Below, piece after piece: positions 11,162 to 21,815 of a DNA stretch of 39,333 nucleotides. Position 1 is the first letter of the stretch, and each line of letters opens with the position of its first letter. The notes beneath the pieces are model-generated. The model was not told the origin of the DNA. It ran no database searches and saw only the letters and a list, made by a program, of their open reading frames with translations. The stretch is from Octopus bimaculoides (lineage: Eukaryota). Made by a program: the position numbers and the translations under genes. The stretch is taken from NCBI RefSeq assembly GCF_001194135.2, contig NC_068996.1, forward strand, positions 54,874,068 through 54,913,400, given 5' to 3'.

Positions 11162-11700
11162 ATGAACAATGGCACACATTGTTGTAGAGTGCCGCACGTT
11201 GGCCTAGGAAGAATAAAAGAAATGGACACAGAAAGTTTTACATCAGAAAGTTTGTCAAAAATGGGGTTTTGAAGCAGGAAATACATGGTTAAATCATCAG
11301 GTAGAAAGAGTACTTGTGTTGGAACAAGCCAGATATTACAGTAAGAGACAAGGAAAATCGAATTTGGTTACTGATTGGTTTATCATGTCCATTTGCTACT
11401 AGGATTATGAAGAAAGCAGAAGTTGAAAAAATACAATCCCTAAAAATTTTGAGATTTCGAGAATTTGGAACATGAAATCAGTAATGATTGTACCGGTAAT
11501 AATTGGTGCATTAGATAGTTGAAGGAACTTGGAACAAAATGTCCAGTAGAGCATCAACAAAAGGTTTGCTTCTCAGAAGGTTTTGGACACTTGATGCCTT
11601 TGTGGAATCAAGTAGATATTTAAGGTTTCAGGTGGTAACTTGCTACCCACATAAATTCTACCCGGAATAAGACCAGTCCCGAGTCATGGAAATGATAATA
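11162..11700 (+). mobile_element. 3' fragment of a second RLE-type LINE
   Basis: TMAHIVVECRTLA, CQKWGFE, NKPDITVRDKENRIWLLIGLSCPF, RIWNMKSVMIVPVIIGAL; ends in a (TAA)n tail. Confidence 0.8.
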
Positions 11701-11705
11701 ATAAT

Positions 11706-12185
11706 AATCCTTTCTACTACAAGCACAAGGCTTGCACTTTCAGGAGAGTGGCCTAGTGGACTACAATAACCCCAGTGTTGGACTGGTACGTATTTTATCG
11801 ATCCTGAAAGGATGAAAGGCAAAGTCGGCCTCGGCGGAATTTGAACTCAGAACGTAAAGACTGATGAAATGTTGCTAAGCATTTCGTCCGGCGTGCAAAT
11901 GATTCTGTTATATGGACTGTTAGATATGTAATTCGTCTGACGTTCCGTGTGTCACTGGATCGTCTGAGTTCATTGTTTCATTGTTGTTGTCTTGTGTGAC
12001 TGTCGTAGTAAAATGTCATTAACAGATATGGCGGACATGACTTTTGTTTATTCATAACGAACATTGGGTGAGTGCATTCTTTGTATGTAAATGAATAATA
12101 AATGTAATAATTAAATTGTACAACTCGTGTTATCTCTGCGAGTCACCCGAGGGAAATACAACAGATTCTATCACCTCGCCATCTT
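11706..12185 (-). mobile_element. SINE family A split by a solo LTR
   Basis: SINE body 11706-11905 resumes at 12164 (gattctatcacctcgccatctt). Confidence 0.8.
11906..12163 (+). mobile_element. Solo LTR (258 bp)
   Basis: TGTTATAT...ATACAACA termini (7/8 inverted match); 5-bp TSD GATTC at 11901-11905 and 12164-12168; AATAAA near 12097. Confidence 0.85.
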
Positions 12186-12189
12186 AATA

Positions 12190-12385
12190 ATAACAAGAGC
12201 ACTCAGAGAGCGGAAACTTCCACCAAGGCAACACCAACGTCCTCTCAACGATTAGCCAGAGATGATTTTTAAAATGAGAATATCTCAACTGCTATTACAA
12301 ATGAGAATACTAAAAATGAATCCAACCGCTCTCAAAAATTAAGTAAAAAAAAACGGAAAATAATCCAGAACCTGTGTCCAGTTCA
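12190..12385. repeat. Interspersed repeat fragment beginning aacaagagcactcagagagcg
   Basis: Recognised terminal motif of a non-autonomous element type seen in aquatic animal genomes; superfamily not assignable here. Confidence 0.4.
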
Positions 12386-12429
12386 CTCAAGGACACCCTC
12401 TTTCAAGTTAAACTTGAAAAAGTTAATGA

Positions 12430-14880
12430 GGGCTTTACCAAAAAGAAATGTCTCTGCCTCGTTCCTTTCAGCCTCATCCACCAGACAAGCTCTTTCGCCA
12501 TAGCCACCAAAGGAAAACTGCCTTGCCTGCTCGATTAAAAGAGGGCGGTTGGGCAATCATCACCATGGACTCAGATGTCAGATGGATCCTTCCCACACAC
12601 ACCAAAATCTATGGCACGCCTAAAGCGCCACGCAAAGGGAACTGGAAGCAAACTGACCGCCTGACCATTGGAACTTGTCCTTTCCATGAGAAAATTAACA
12701 AGAGACGCTCCAACTTTATCAAGCAATAACTGGGGCAAGGCACGACGGTCAGATGATTAATAATGCCGGAGGCGATGCAGGCATACGCCAACTCTATCCG
12801 ACCTTTCAAGGACAGCTTCCTCTCTGCCCATTTCTGAGTAAGACTGGCAACTCTGTTCGTCACCTCATCTCAATTCTTATCCACCTGGAGGTCAGGACCG
12901 AACTAGACCCCTAGCCATTTGACTGCTCTGTCAGTCCAGCATCCGACAACGCTGTTTGACGGCATTAACCTGTTTCTCCAGGTGCCCACTGACTTCTCGG
13001 CATTGATTTTGGCCCCTTCAACTGACACATATTCCTCCACTCCGGAGGTGCCCGACACCATGACAGTGACATCGTCCGCGCATGCTGACACTGCCCTCCT
13101 GTGTTCTAGTTCAAAAGGGATACTCCTCATTTGTTCCAACTTCCGCAGCAGTGGCTCGAGAGCCAACACGTACAGATGACGTGACAGCGGGCAACCCTGA
13201 CGGACCGAACATGCGATGCTAAATGGTTCCAATAGACAACTGTTTACTTTGACCATCAGGGCCCCATCGAAGCCAGCTTTAGTCCCAGCCCTCTCTATGA
13301 TATATCGCATAAGGTGGAAATTGTCGTGGATAGACCTGTTCAGGAAAGCGCATGTTTGTGCTTCCTCTACTAGATTACCAATAAGCACCAACCTTTTCGC
13401 TAACACCTAGGTCAAAATCTTAAACTCAGTGTTTAATAGAGTTACAAAAATTTTCTAGTATGTCCCCCACTGTCGGCGTCCTTCTTCAGCGGTGTCACCA
13501 CATCCCGACTAACAGCACTAGGAATTCTCCTGTTCTGTTGCCAGTTGCAGCAGACGTCTGCCAAGAGGTTGCCAAACAAATCCATCATGAATACATAGAA
13601 TTCATAGGGCAGACCATCTAAACCTGGTGGTTTGCAACTTGTGCAATCACTCATCACCTCTCATATTTCAGTGGCCGTTATCGACTTTTCGCAGAACCTC
13701 ACGTCCGCTGCTGAGAGCCGCGACAGGTCGTCTAGGTATGAACTAAAGTTCGCTACCTATCGCCCTCCCTAAACAGTTGCGCGAAGTGCTACTGAAAAGC
13801 CACACATATCTGCTCAGAACCATGTAGCACACGCCAGTCCCGATCCATCAGACATGGCTTTGTTGCCACATTGCATCTCCACGGTTCAGGTCCATTGGAC
13901 GGTTTTAGTTCCCTCATGTTTGAGAACAGGGGCATTAGCTATGACACCGCATCCTTCGTGTTTCGCCTCAAAGAAATTATCAAGAGCCATTCTCACTGCT
14001 AACATGTCAGTCGTGATGCCTTCACTAATCGCCCCTTCTAGTTTGCTAACTAGTTCTCCCTCTAATATATTTCTTTTTATTGCTACTGCCGCTTAACTAA
14101 TTTGCTTATCTGGTCCTTGTAGTCTTTGCGTGCCGAAAGGACGCGTTCAATTTCCAGTAACCAGGTCCCTGTTTACAAGTCCTGTCTAAATTGACTGTGC
14201 AGATCACAAATTTGTGGCCTGTGTAGTCGACTAATTTGAATTGTGAACACCCTATGCTATACCTATCTGCTGACTTGACAAATACTCTATCTAGATACGA
14301 TCTGGACGACCTGTTGTGGTTGATCCATGTCCACACTGCCACATCAGGGAAATCCAGTTGATACCCATCAGACAGCTGGAAGTTTCTGAGCAGGTTTTCA
14401 AAGCTTTTACACCCACTTCTTCTATGTACAAGACCCACACAGTCCTTCCACACGTCCAAAATACTGTTCCAGTCCCCTACGAATATTAAAGTGCGAGACA
14501 TTCCCAGGAATATTACTAGATGCCTGAATAAATCTACCCCTGTCGGAGCATACATGGCTACCAATCTAAAGGCACCACCTTCATTGCCATTCACATCTCG
14601 GACCACCAACCTACCGTCCGGGTCCAAGAAGACTGCTCTTACTTTTAGACCTAAGGATTTTCGGAATAACACTGCTGCACCACTGTCCGCACCCGTCAGA
14701 CCACAAGATGAGAATATCTCGTAGTCTTCAAAAATGGATGCTAGATCATGCTTCCCAGAAATTCTTGTCTCACTAATTGCTGTCACATCTAAATCAAGGG
14801 ACCTGAGAGTGTTGAGCAGGTGACCCTGCTTCCAAACGGAAGCATTTAACTTAGAGCAAAGAAAATGGAGTTACATACCT
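12430..14880 (-). pseudogene. ORF2 (APE endonuclease + RT) of an L1/Tx1-like LINE, disrupted
   Basis: APE motifs AISETR, LVAMYAP, GDWNS, WTW...SRSYLDRVFV, DYTGHK, GPGYWKLNAS; RT motifs PGLDGLPYEFY, SVRQGCPLS, CADDVT, GAKINAEKS; downstream LSLKGR and GALGVP. Confidence 0.92.
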
Positions 14881-14884
14881 TGGT

Positions 14885-16494
14885 CTTCAAGGATGGCTGT
14901 TGACAGTCTTCTTTTTGGTCGAGGGGAAGTAGGGAAGAGTTTTTCTAACAAGTTTTTTTGTTTTTTGCGGCGAGTGGGGTATTTACTAAACCCTCCAATG
15001 TCTGGGGCAAATTTCTGTTTCAAATCCAGATAGGTACCCATATCTGTTTGGATTAATACTCTTTCCCTGGAGTTTTCGGAAGGAGTTCCACAAAACCTTC
15101 TCCACTAGTTGCAATGTTTTTGTTATTAATTACTTCCTCAATCAATTCAATGTTGCTTTTCTGAACAACAGTGAAGTTGATGAAGAAAGTACGTACCCAA
15201 GATTGTAGCTGTTGGTCATTTTGTTTTTCAGGTGTTTCGTTTTGTTTCCATGTCTTTTATGGTTGCGAATGTGTTTGTGAAAACGGGTTGTCTTGTGATG
15301 AAGATGGTAACATTGGTGTTGATTTGTTTTTAAATTGATGTTGTTATCGATTTTGTTTTTTACCGCCATGTCTTAGGGCCTTCAATTTGGACCAGCGTCT
15401 GTTTGTTTCATATTCAGTTTTTTTTTTCTTATATTTGGCATAGGGTTTTTGGTGTGATGTCAATGGGGACTTTGCTTTTGCGAAGCTGGAGTTGGAGGAA
15501 GGAGGCAGATGTGAGGTAATAGTTTTGTCCCCTCCTTGAGGATTTGGTAGTAACAGTGGAGAGCTTCTTGCTTTCACCACCGTGGAGCAAAAGGCTTTGA
15601 GGTGGTTCATATTCCCACACACAAAACACTTCGGTTTTTTTTCCTCTATAGAAACTGGCATCTGTTTGCATTCCCTGAAACAGAAAAAATTGGTAATGCG
15701 ATTTATTTCCTCTGAAGAAACTAGTATCTGGAACTCTATAAGAATTCCAGTCCTGTTGAGTTGTGGGGTGGACATCACCTTCACAATCTCCTCATCCTCT
15801 TCCAGAATGGCTAAAACTCTCGCCGGATCACAGTGAACTGGCACGTTCTTGACTTGAATTCAAGTCAACCTTTTATCCATGTAAAGAGGAATCATCACAA
15901 AAGCTTGGGACGTGTAAGTTATAGTAGCCACTCTTCTGAATTCTTGCTTACTGCTGCATACAGCAGCTACCGTTCCGTACTGCTTAATTTTGAATATGTG
16001 TAGCACTGAGGGCCACACATCTTGGAGGCATTTTTCAGTTTCTGCTGGAGTAGGAAATTTAAGTTTCCTCTCCTTGCAAGAGAAAGATTTCTAGACAATT
16101 GTTTGTCATTCGGAGAGGTTTTTTTCCCCTCTTCATTAAGACACATAACACCTGGTTGCGAAATATCATTTTTGTGTTGAAGTGCTTTATTTTTCAAATC
16201 TTGAACTGAATGGACGGTCCATTGGTTCACTGCCCTCGAAAAAGATATAGCGTTTTTGAGGTTCTTTATGCTGTTGTTGTTGTTGTTGATGATGTCGTCG
16301 TTGTTGTTGTTGTTTTCCATACAGTTACCATTTATAATTGCATTGTTCTTTATGCTGTTGTTTTCAATCTTGTTCATGTTGCTGCTGATGTTGTTGTTGA
16401 TACAGTTGTTATTATTTTTGTTTCTGCTGTTGCTGCTACTTCTGCATATTGGCGCGCAATAGAGCAAGAGACAAGTTGCACCAATACCAACCAA
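14885..16494 (-). pseudogene. Gag-like ORF1 of the same LINE, frameshifted
   Basis: Asn-rich N-terminus, SFSRAV motif, then (other frame) VMIPLYMDKRLT*IQVKNVPVHCDPARVLA, and zinc knuckle CFVCGNMNHLKAFC (CX2CX4HX4C). Confidence 0.75.
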
Positions 16495-16719
16495 TCAGAG
16501 TAGTGGACATAACAGTGTCATGGTTTAAAAAAGTTTTCAACTTCTTGCTTAATGCGAGCCCAGAGCAATCTTTTATTTCTTACATTATTTCAGTATTACG
16601 TGTCAAAAGTGAAACTGAGATACTTTCAGTTTAATACTTTCACTATTAATTCCGAAACTATTAAAGTGAAACTATTACCTCATGTATATATCTGTGTGTG
16701 TGTGCGTGTGCGTACTCCC

Positions 16720-17450
16720 ACCATCGCTTGACAACCGATGTTGCTGTTTTTACGTCTCCCGTAACTTAGCCATTTGGGATCTATTTTAAAACGGGGGCCA
16801 CAGTTTTCATTAATGTTTTACGTAGTGTTTTTGGTACGGAAAGACTTTCAAACTTCGTATACTTATCAATTTTGTGTTATAGAACAGAAAAATATTTTTG
16901 TATTCGAATTTATTTCATGTAAAAAATTGTCTTATTTCGATAATTTCAACCAATCACTGACAAGTATTCAGTTGTTTATATTTACTCCTTTGGCTGATTA
17001 AGCGATGTAAAGCGTATTTAATCTCCATACCTTCGTTTTATTTGCTTTTTTCATTTTAAATTTGCTTTAACCCTAGGGTTAGGGTTAGGGTTAGGGTTAA
17101 TTGTTTCAGAATCGTTTGTTTATGTAGTCGGCACTTAATGTATCTCGGCTGAATGGACGTCAGTGATTGGTTGAAATTACAGAAATACGACAACTTTAAC
17201 ATGGAATAACTTATGGATTTCTTTTTTTTTAAAGAAGACTAAGAGAAAAAGATGTTTTATATGACACATTCTACCAGTGTTCCAAGTTTCAAAGTGTTTT
17301 GTTAATGAAAAATGTGGCCCCCGTTTTAAAAAAGATCCGCCATTTGGCAAATCATGCCCATAGAATAAGTACTAGGCTTACAAAGAATAAATCTTGGAGT
17401 CGACATATTAGACAAAAATCGGTGCGTCAGCATGGCTGCAGTCACATGAC
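16720..17450 (+). mobile_element. SINE family B 3' half split by a family 1 foldback element
   Basis: ccaccatcgcttgacaaccgatgttg...gtaacttagc continues after 17338 with ...atagaataagtactaggcttacaaagaata...catggctgcagtc. Confidence 0.8.
16777..17338. mobile_element. Foldback transposon family 1, second copy, with (TTAGGG)4 core
   Basis: 8-bp TSD GCCATTTG (16769-16776, 17339-17346); about 37-bp TIR GGATCT(A/T)TTTTAAAACGGGGGCCACA(G/T)TTTTCATTAA with 2 mismatches; arms homologous to 9885-10688. Confidence 0.93.
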
Positions 17451-17600
17451 TAGTATTTATATATAAAATACTAGAATTAGCCATGATTTTTTACGGCACG
17501 GGGCTAGCTGGTACAAATATATAATACAAATGCAGATATATATATAATACAAAGCCACATTGAAAATACAAATCCAAAACTGGGAGAAAAAGGAAAATGA

Positions 17601-17987
17601 GGAACAGAGAAAAAAGGAAAAAAAGACATCAATTCAACACCAAGTGCCTCAATTGGTTGCACAACTCAAAGTTCGACGGAACCTACTGAACCAAATGTCT
17701 CAAACGCCACAGGCTGGAAGAAATTGTTCTTACAGGTCTCGATACTTAAGGATTTTGTTCTGTTCGACTACGGAATCAGTGACCCTTCCATATACCGCAG
17801 CATCCAACACATGGGAGGGAATAAAGGAGTCACAGACTGTGACATCCCAGATGAGACACCTAATTCTTACTCAGGGAGAGAGGGCAAGACCATCTGGTCT
17901 CTTCCAGTCACTGAAAATTCATCCGCGCGTTTCCCCATTATGGCTTATACATCTATTTGTAACTTGATGCAATGCAGTGTTCCCTGA
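17601..17987 (+). other. Stop-free 129-codon segment of unknown origin
   Basis: Frame open from 17601 to the TGA ending at 17987: ...GWKKLFLQVSILKDFVLFDYGISDPSIYRSIQHMGGNKGVTDCDIPDETPNSYSGREGKTIWSLPVTENSSARFPIMAYTSICNLMQCSVP*. No family recognised. Confidence 0.4.
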
Positions 17988-18187
17988 AGTCTTGTTATGT
18001 TTGAGCATTTATATGCATTTGAAACTTCTATCGCAGGGCTCCAAGCATAATGGTGAAACGTGTGTAGGAACTTTAAAATAACAAACATGTGTTTATCGTA
18101 TGCATGCAGGTATGTATGTATGTATGTATGAATGTACGTATGTCTATGTGTATGTATGTATAGGAAAGTTGGTTATACATCATTAGA

Positions 18188-18569
18188 TGTATACCTGACT
18201 TTCCTATATAAAATTAGAAATTAAACGGAACGCTGAACTCCAGACTATCAACTTAAACAACATTTATTCAGGTGGTAAATATATACATCTTTAGCTCTTG
18301 TTTGTTGTTACAGCTTCTCTGTGTGTGAGCATAGTTGTTGGGACGTTGTTATGTAGATGTAAGCGAGCTGTCGAGCGTAAGTCCGAAAGATGGAGAGAGA
18401 CAGCTAAACACGTAAAGAGACTGTCTCCAGAGTTGGAATGTTGGAGACACTGCTTGACACGTCCATGCTCATGGCCGGCCGACCGAGAAAGAGATAGAAT
18501 TAAGCGGGAAAGCTTGCTTGTTTAATTCCACGCATGCGTGAGACTACGCATGCGCACAGCGTTACTACA
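18188..18569 (-). mobile_element. Probable solo LTR inside a (TATG)n tract
   Basis: Minus strand TGTAGTAACG...AGGTATACA (TGTA/TACA ends), AATAAA about 75 nt from the 3' end, CpG-retaining; no clean TSD. Confidence 0.5.
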
Positions 18570-18597
18570 TATGCATGTACGTATCTATGAATGTATG

Positions 18598-18628
<31 letters not shown>

Positions 18629-18905
18629 GACAGATAGATAAATAGACATGCAAACATAAACATATTCACACAACACAGCACGTACATACATACAGACGCG
18701 CGCGCGCATACACGCACACACACAAAATGAACGCGTTTGTATGTCGAAAAATATATGCCTGTATGTATGTATGTATGCATGCATGTGTGTATGTACGTGT
18801 GTATGTATGTATGTATGCATATGTGTATGTATGTATTATGTACACACACATGTAATATAATATATTCACGCATATAGACGCACACATACATATATGTATA
18901 TATAC
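18570..18905. repeat. Compound microsatellite (GATA)n/(TATG)n/(CA)n
   Basis: Direct reading. Confidence 0.9.
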
Positions 18906-19834
18906 AATGGATTTTGCTTTCCTTCTTTTTCTGTCCAACCTAGCGTTCCTCTGCTCTCTAATCGCAAAGGAACGCTCGTTTCTTTGGACGCTTCAAGAAG
19001 GAATCGACATCCATTAACAACACACTCCACATTTCCTAACGTCGGAATACAAATTTTATGTCTATAACAACATTCTGTCACTTGAAGTGAACTTTAGTGG
19101 TAAGTAGAAAATATATCGCAAACTATATTTCCCATGTTATACTGGTCGCCCATCATCTTCATGTAGCTGCTGCACAGTTTAAAGTCTGTCTTTCGTTTTA
19201 CATGATTTAACGTCCAAATACATTAAAGTTCAAATGTCTACCGCAGACGTTGATATTCTTAGAGTGCACTATATATCAAGTATTGGTCAGTTTAAATCTT
19301 ACTTCTTCCTGACCAAACATTTTGTCTTATTTGTGCAAGCAGAAGCGCACTTTTTTACACAATTTCTTGTCAGAACCTGTAACAGGCTTGCTTCATCTCG
19401 GTATAACCCATTAGGCTAGACATTTGGCTGTCACTCCATAATATATACACATGATAAAAAAATAAAAGTAACTCATCATGTACACTTCTACATGTCAACA
19501 AAAGCGGTTGCGCTCGTTAACTTCTCAAGTCACAATTGGACGACAACAAATCATTTCAGCCCCAACAAAATGTCAACTGCTTAGCAGACAGACAATACCT
19601 TGCCGTAACGAGACAATTATTCCTTCAACGGCCTGCGGTTACGAATCTGGGTGTTAATGTTTAGTTTATATTTTGCTTTTACTAAAAACTTTCATTTGGT
19701 TTTATTAATTTTCTGGTTTATTTGCGAAATTCTACATCGGTTGGTAGCGTTGTCAATAAATTAAGGACACTCGCCATCAAACAGTTAGTTGCGTTGACGG
19801 TCAATCAGAGTTTTTGTTCTTTGGACAACACATA

Positions 19835-21111
19835 CGAGGTCTGTAAATAAAGTAATGAGACTAGTCTCATAGCGTTCGATCTGGCAATAATGCGGGGTTT
19901 CCCTTTATGGTGTTGCCACATCAACGAACTCTTATAACTTCAATTGAAGCAGCAACCACTTGGTGCTAACAGGTGAACTGTGAATGCACGTTTGGTGAGG
20001 TGATTTTGTTTTGTGTGTCCTGAAAACTAACGAACACAGTTACGAGCAACGCTCTGCGATCAAGTTTTGTTCCAAACTCGAACATAATGCCACTGAAACT
20101 TGGGCAAAAATTTCAACAGGCTTATGGGAAGACTGCTTTATAAAGAGTACAGGTCTTCAGATGGTTCAAAGCCTCTGTAGCAAGCCAAGAATTTGTTGAA
20201 GAAGACCCTCTGTCCAGAAGGCTGTCAACTTAAAGAAATTAGGAAAATGTGAAACGAATCAGAGACCTCATGAGATCTGATCGTTGGTTAACCATCAGAT
20301 TGATTGCAGAGAAGCTGAATTGGAATCACACCACCATTTATCAAGTTTTGACCGCCGAATTAGGAATGAAGGAAATTTCTGCGATAATCTCACTCTTGAA
20401 CAAAAAGACAATAGGAAGGGAAGTGTGCTATGATCTCGTTGAATGAATTGAAAATGACCCAAATTTTTTCGCAGTCATCATGGATTTTTTAATGATCCAG
20501 AAACAAAACGCCAAAGTCAGGAGTGGCACACTGCAAACTCGCCACGACCGAAAAAAGTGAGAATGGCAAATCGAAAATCAAAACCATACTCATTTGCTTT
20601 TTTAATAGCAATGGAGTCGTTCATAAAGAATTTGTGCCTCAAAGACACGGTCAATCAGCATTTTAACCATGATGTTCTTGAAAGGCTGCAGAAACTGGTT
20701 GCTCAAATGTGGTCAAACATCAGACACCTAGATGCTGCATCATGACAATGCGCCTTGTCACACGGCTCTTGATTACAGAGTTTTGAGCACGGAAAAGCAT
20801 CCCTGTTGTCCCTCAGCTCCATATTTGCCTGACCTGAGTCCATGTGACATTTTTCTCTTCCCGAAATTAAAAATTCACCTCAAAGAGCATTATTTTGGCA
20901 TGTTGGAAAGCATGAAAAAACTATTACTGACCAGCTTAAGGCTATTCCAGTTTCTAAGTTCTTGCACTGCTGTGAAGAGTGGAAACAACATCTTGACCAC
21001 TGTATCGCTTCCCAGATGAACTATTTTGAAGGAGACAGAGTTGATTTGTAGTTTAATGATAAATAAAAGTGCTTACTGAAAATGTCTCGTCATTTTATTT
21101 ACCAGACCTCG
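19835..21111 (+). mobile_element. Full-length (1277 bp) mariner transposon with inactivated transposase
   Basis: TA duplication at 19833-34 and 21112-13; TIRs CGAGGTCTGTAAATAAAGTAATGAGAC / CGAGGTCTGGTAAATAAAATGACGAGAC; EQRSAIKFCSKL, LHHDNAPCH, PYLPDLSPCDIFLFPKLK, YFEGD; frameshifted. Confidence 0.95.
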
Positions 21112-21208
21112 TAGAAGCGGCGGCTTAAGCTGCTAGTTTGACACTCTATCTGAAAGCACAACTCAGTCCATAAGTTCCGACCCCAAAAAAGTAACTGTTC
21201 ATCTAGAT

Positions 21209-21414
21209 CAGTGTATCTCAACCATTTTGTTCCCTATGGACCCTCTTTGATTCCTGTTTTATCCTACTGGACTCCCCAAGCTGTTCAATTTTTTTCTTTA
21301 AATCCTATTATATTTTTGTAATTAAATATTATTAGGAATTGTATAAAAAAAATATTGTTAAAATATTTTTCATTAACAGCAAAATCTTATATGGATTCCA
21401 GTTGAGAACCACTG
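21209..21414. mobile_element. hAT/Charlie-type MITE
   Basis: TIRs CAGTGTATCTCAAC / GTTGAGAACCACTG; flanking 8-mers ATCTAGAT and ACTTAGAT (6/8 match, NTCTAGAN-like target). Confidence 0.8.
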
Positions 21415-21461
21415 ACTTAGATCCATTTTCCTTAAGCTAGTATTATTATTGGACGTTAGAA

Positions 21462-21604
21462 GGCAATGAACTAGGAGAATCATTAGCATGCTGGACAAAA
21501 TGCTTAGCGGCATTTCGTTCAACGTTACGTTCTGAGTTCAAATTCCTATGGGTTTGACTTTGCCTTTCATCATTTCAAGGTCAATAAAATAAGTACAAGT
21601 TGAG
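21462..21604 (+). mobile_element. SINE family A, truncated by a foldback element
   Basis: ggagaatcattagcatgctggacaaaatgcttagcggc...gttctgagttcaaattcc...aagtacaagttgag. Confidence 0.8.
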
Positions 21605-21812
21605 GGATCTTTTCCTTTTCATGGGCAGCTCGATTAATTAATTTTCTTTAACCAAACACTTTGAAACTTCGTTTACTGGTAGAATGTGTCATATAGAACA
21701 TCTTTTACTCTTAGCGTTGTCAAGAAAAGTTTCTATTTTCAAAGTTATTTCGTGTTAAAGTTGTCGTATTTCGGTAATTTCAACCAATCAGTGACGTGTA
21801 TTCAGCTGAATA
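21605..21812. mobile_element. Single arm of foldback family 1 (third TIR variant)
   Basis: Starts GGATCTTTTCCTTTTCATGGGCAG; carries the right-arm-type sequence (ggtagaatgtgtcatat) and aaccaatcagtgacgt; core and second arm absent. Confidence 0.8.
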
Positions 21813-21815
21813 AAA

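Noticed and set aside
16210-16503. Plus-strand Val/Leu-rich membrane-protein-like ORFs
   Set aside because: They are antisense shadows of the AAC-rich tract in LINE ORF1.
18944-19099. 156-bp plus-strand exon with a good acceptor and a GTAAGT donor
   Set aside because: Stops in all three frames; it could only be non-coding and has no other support.
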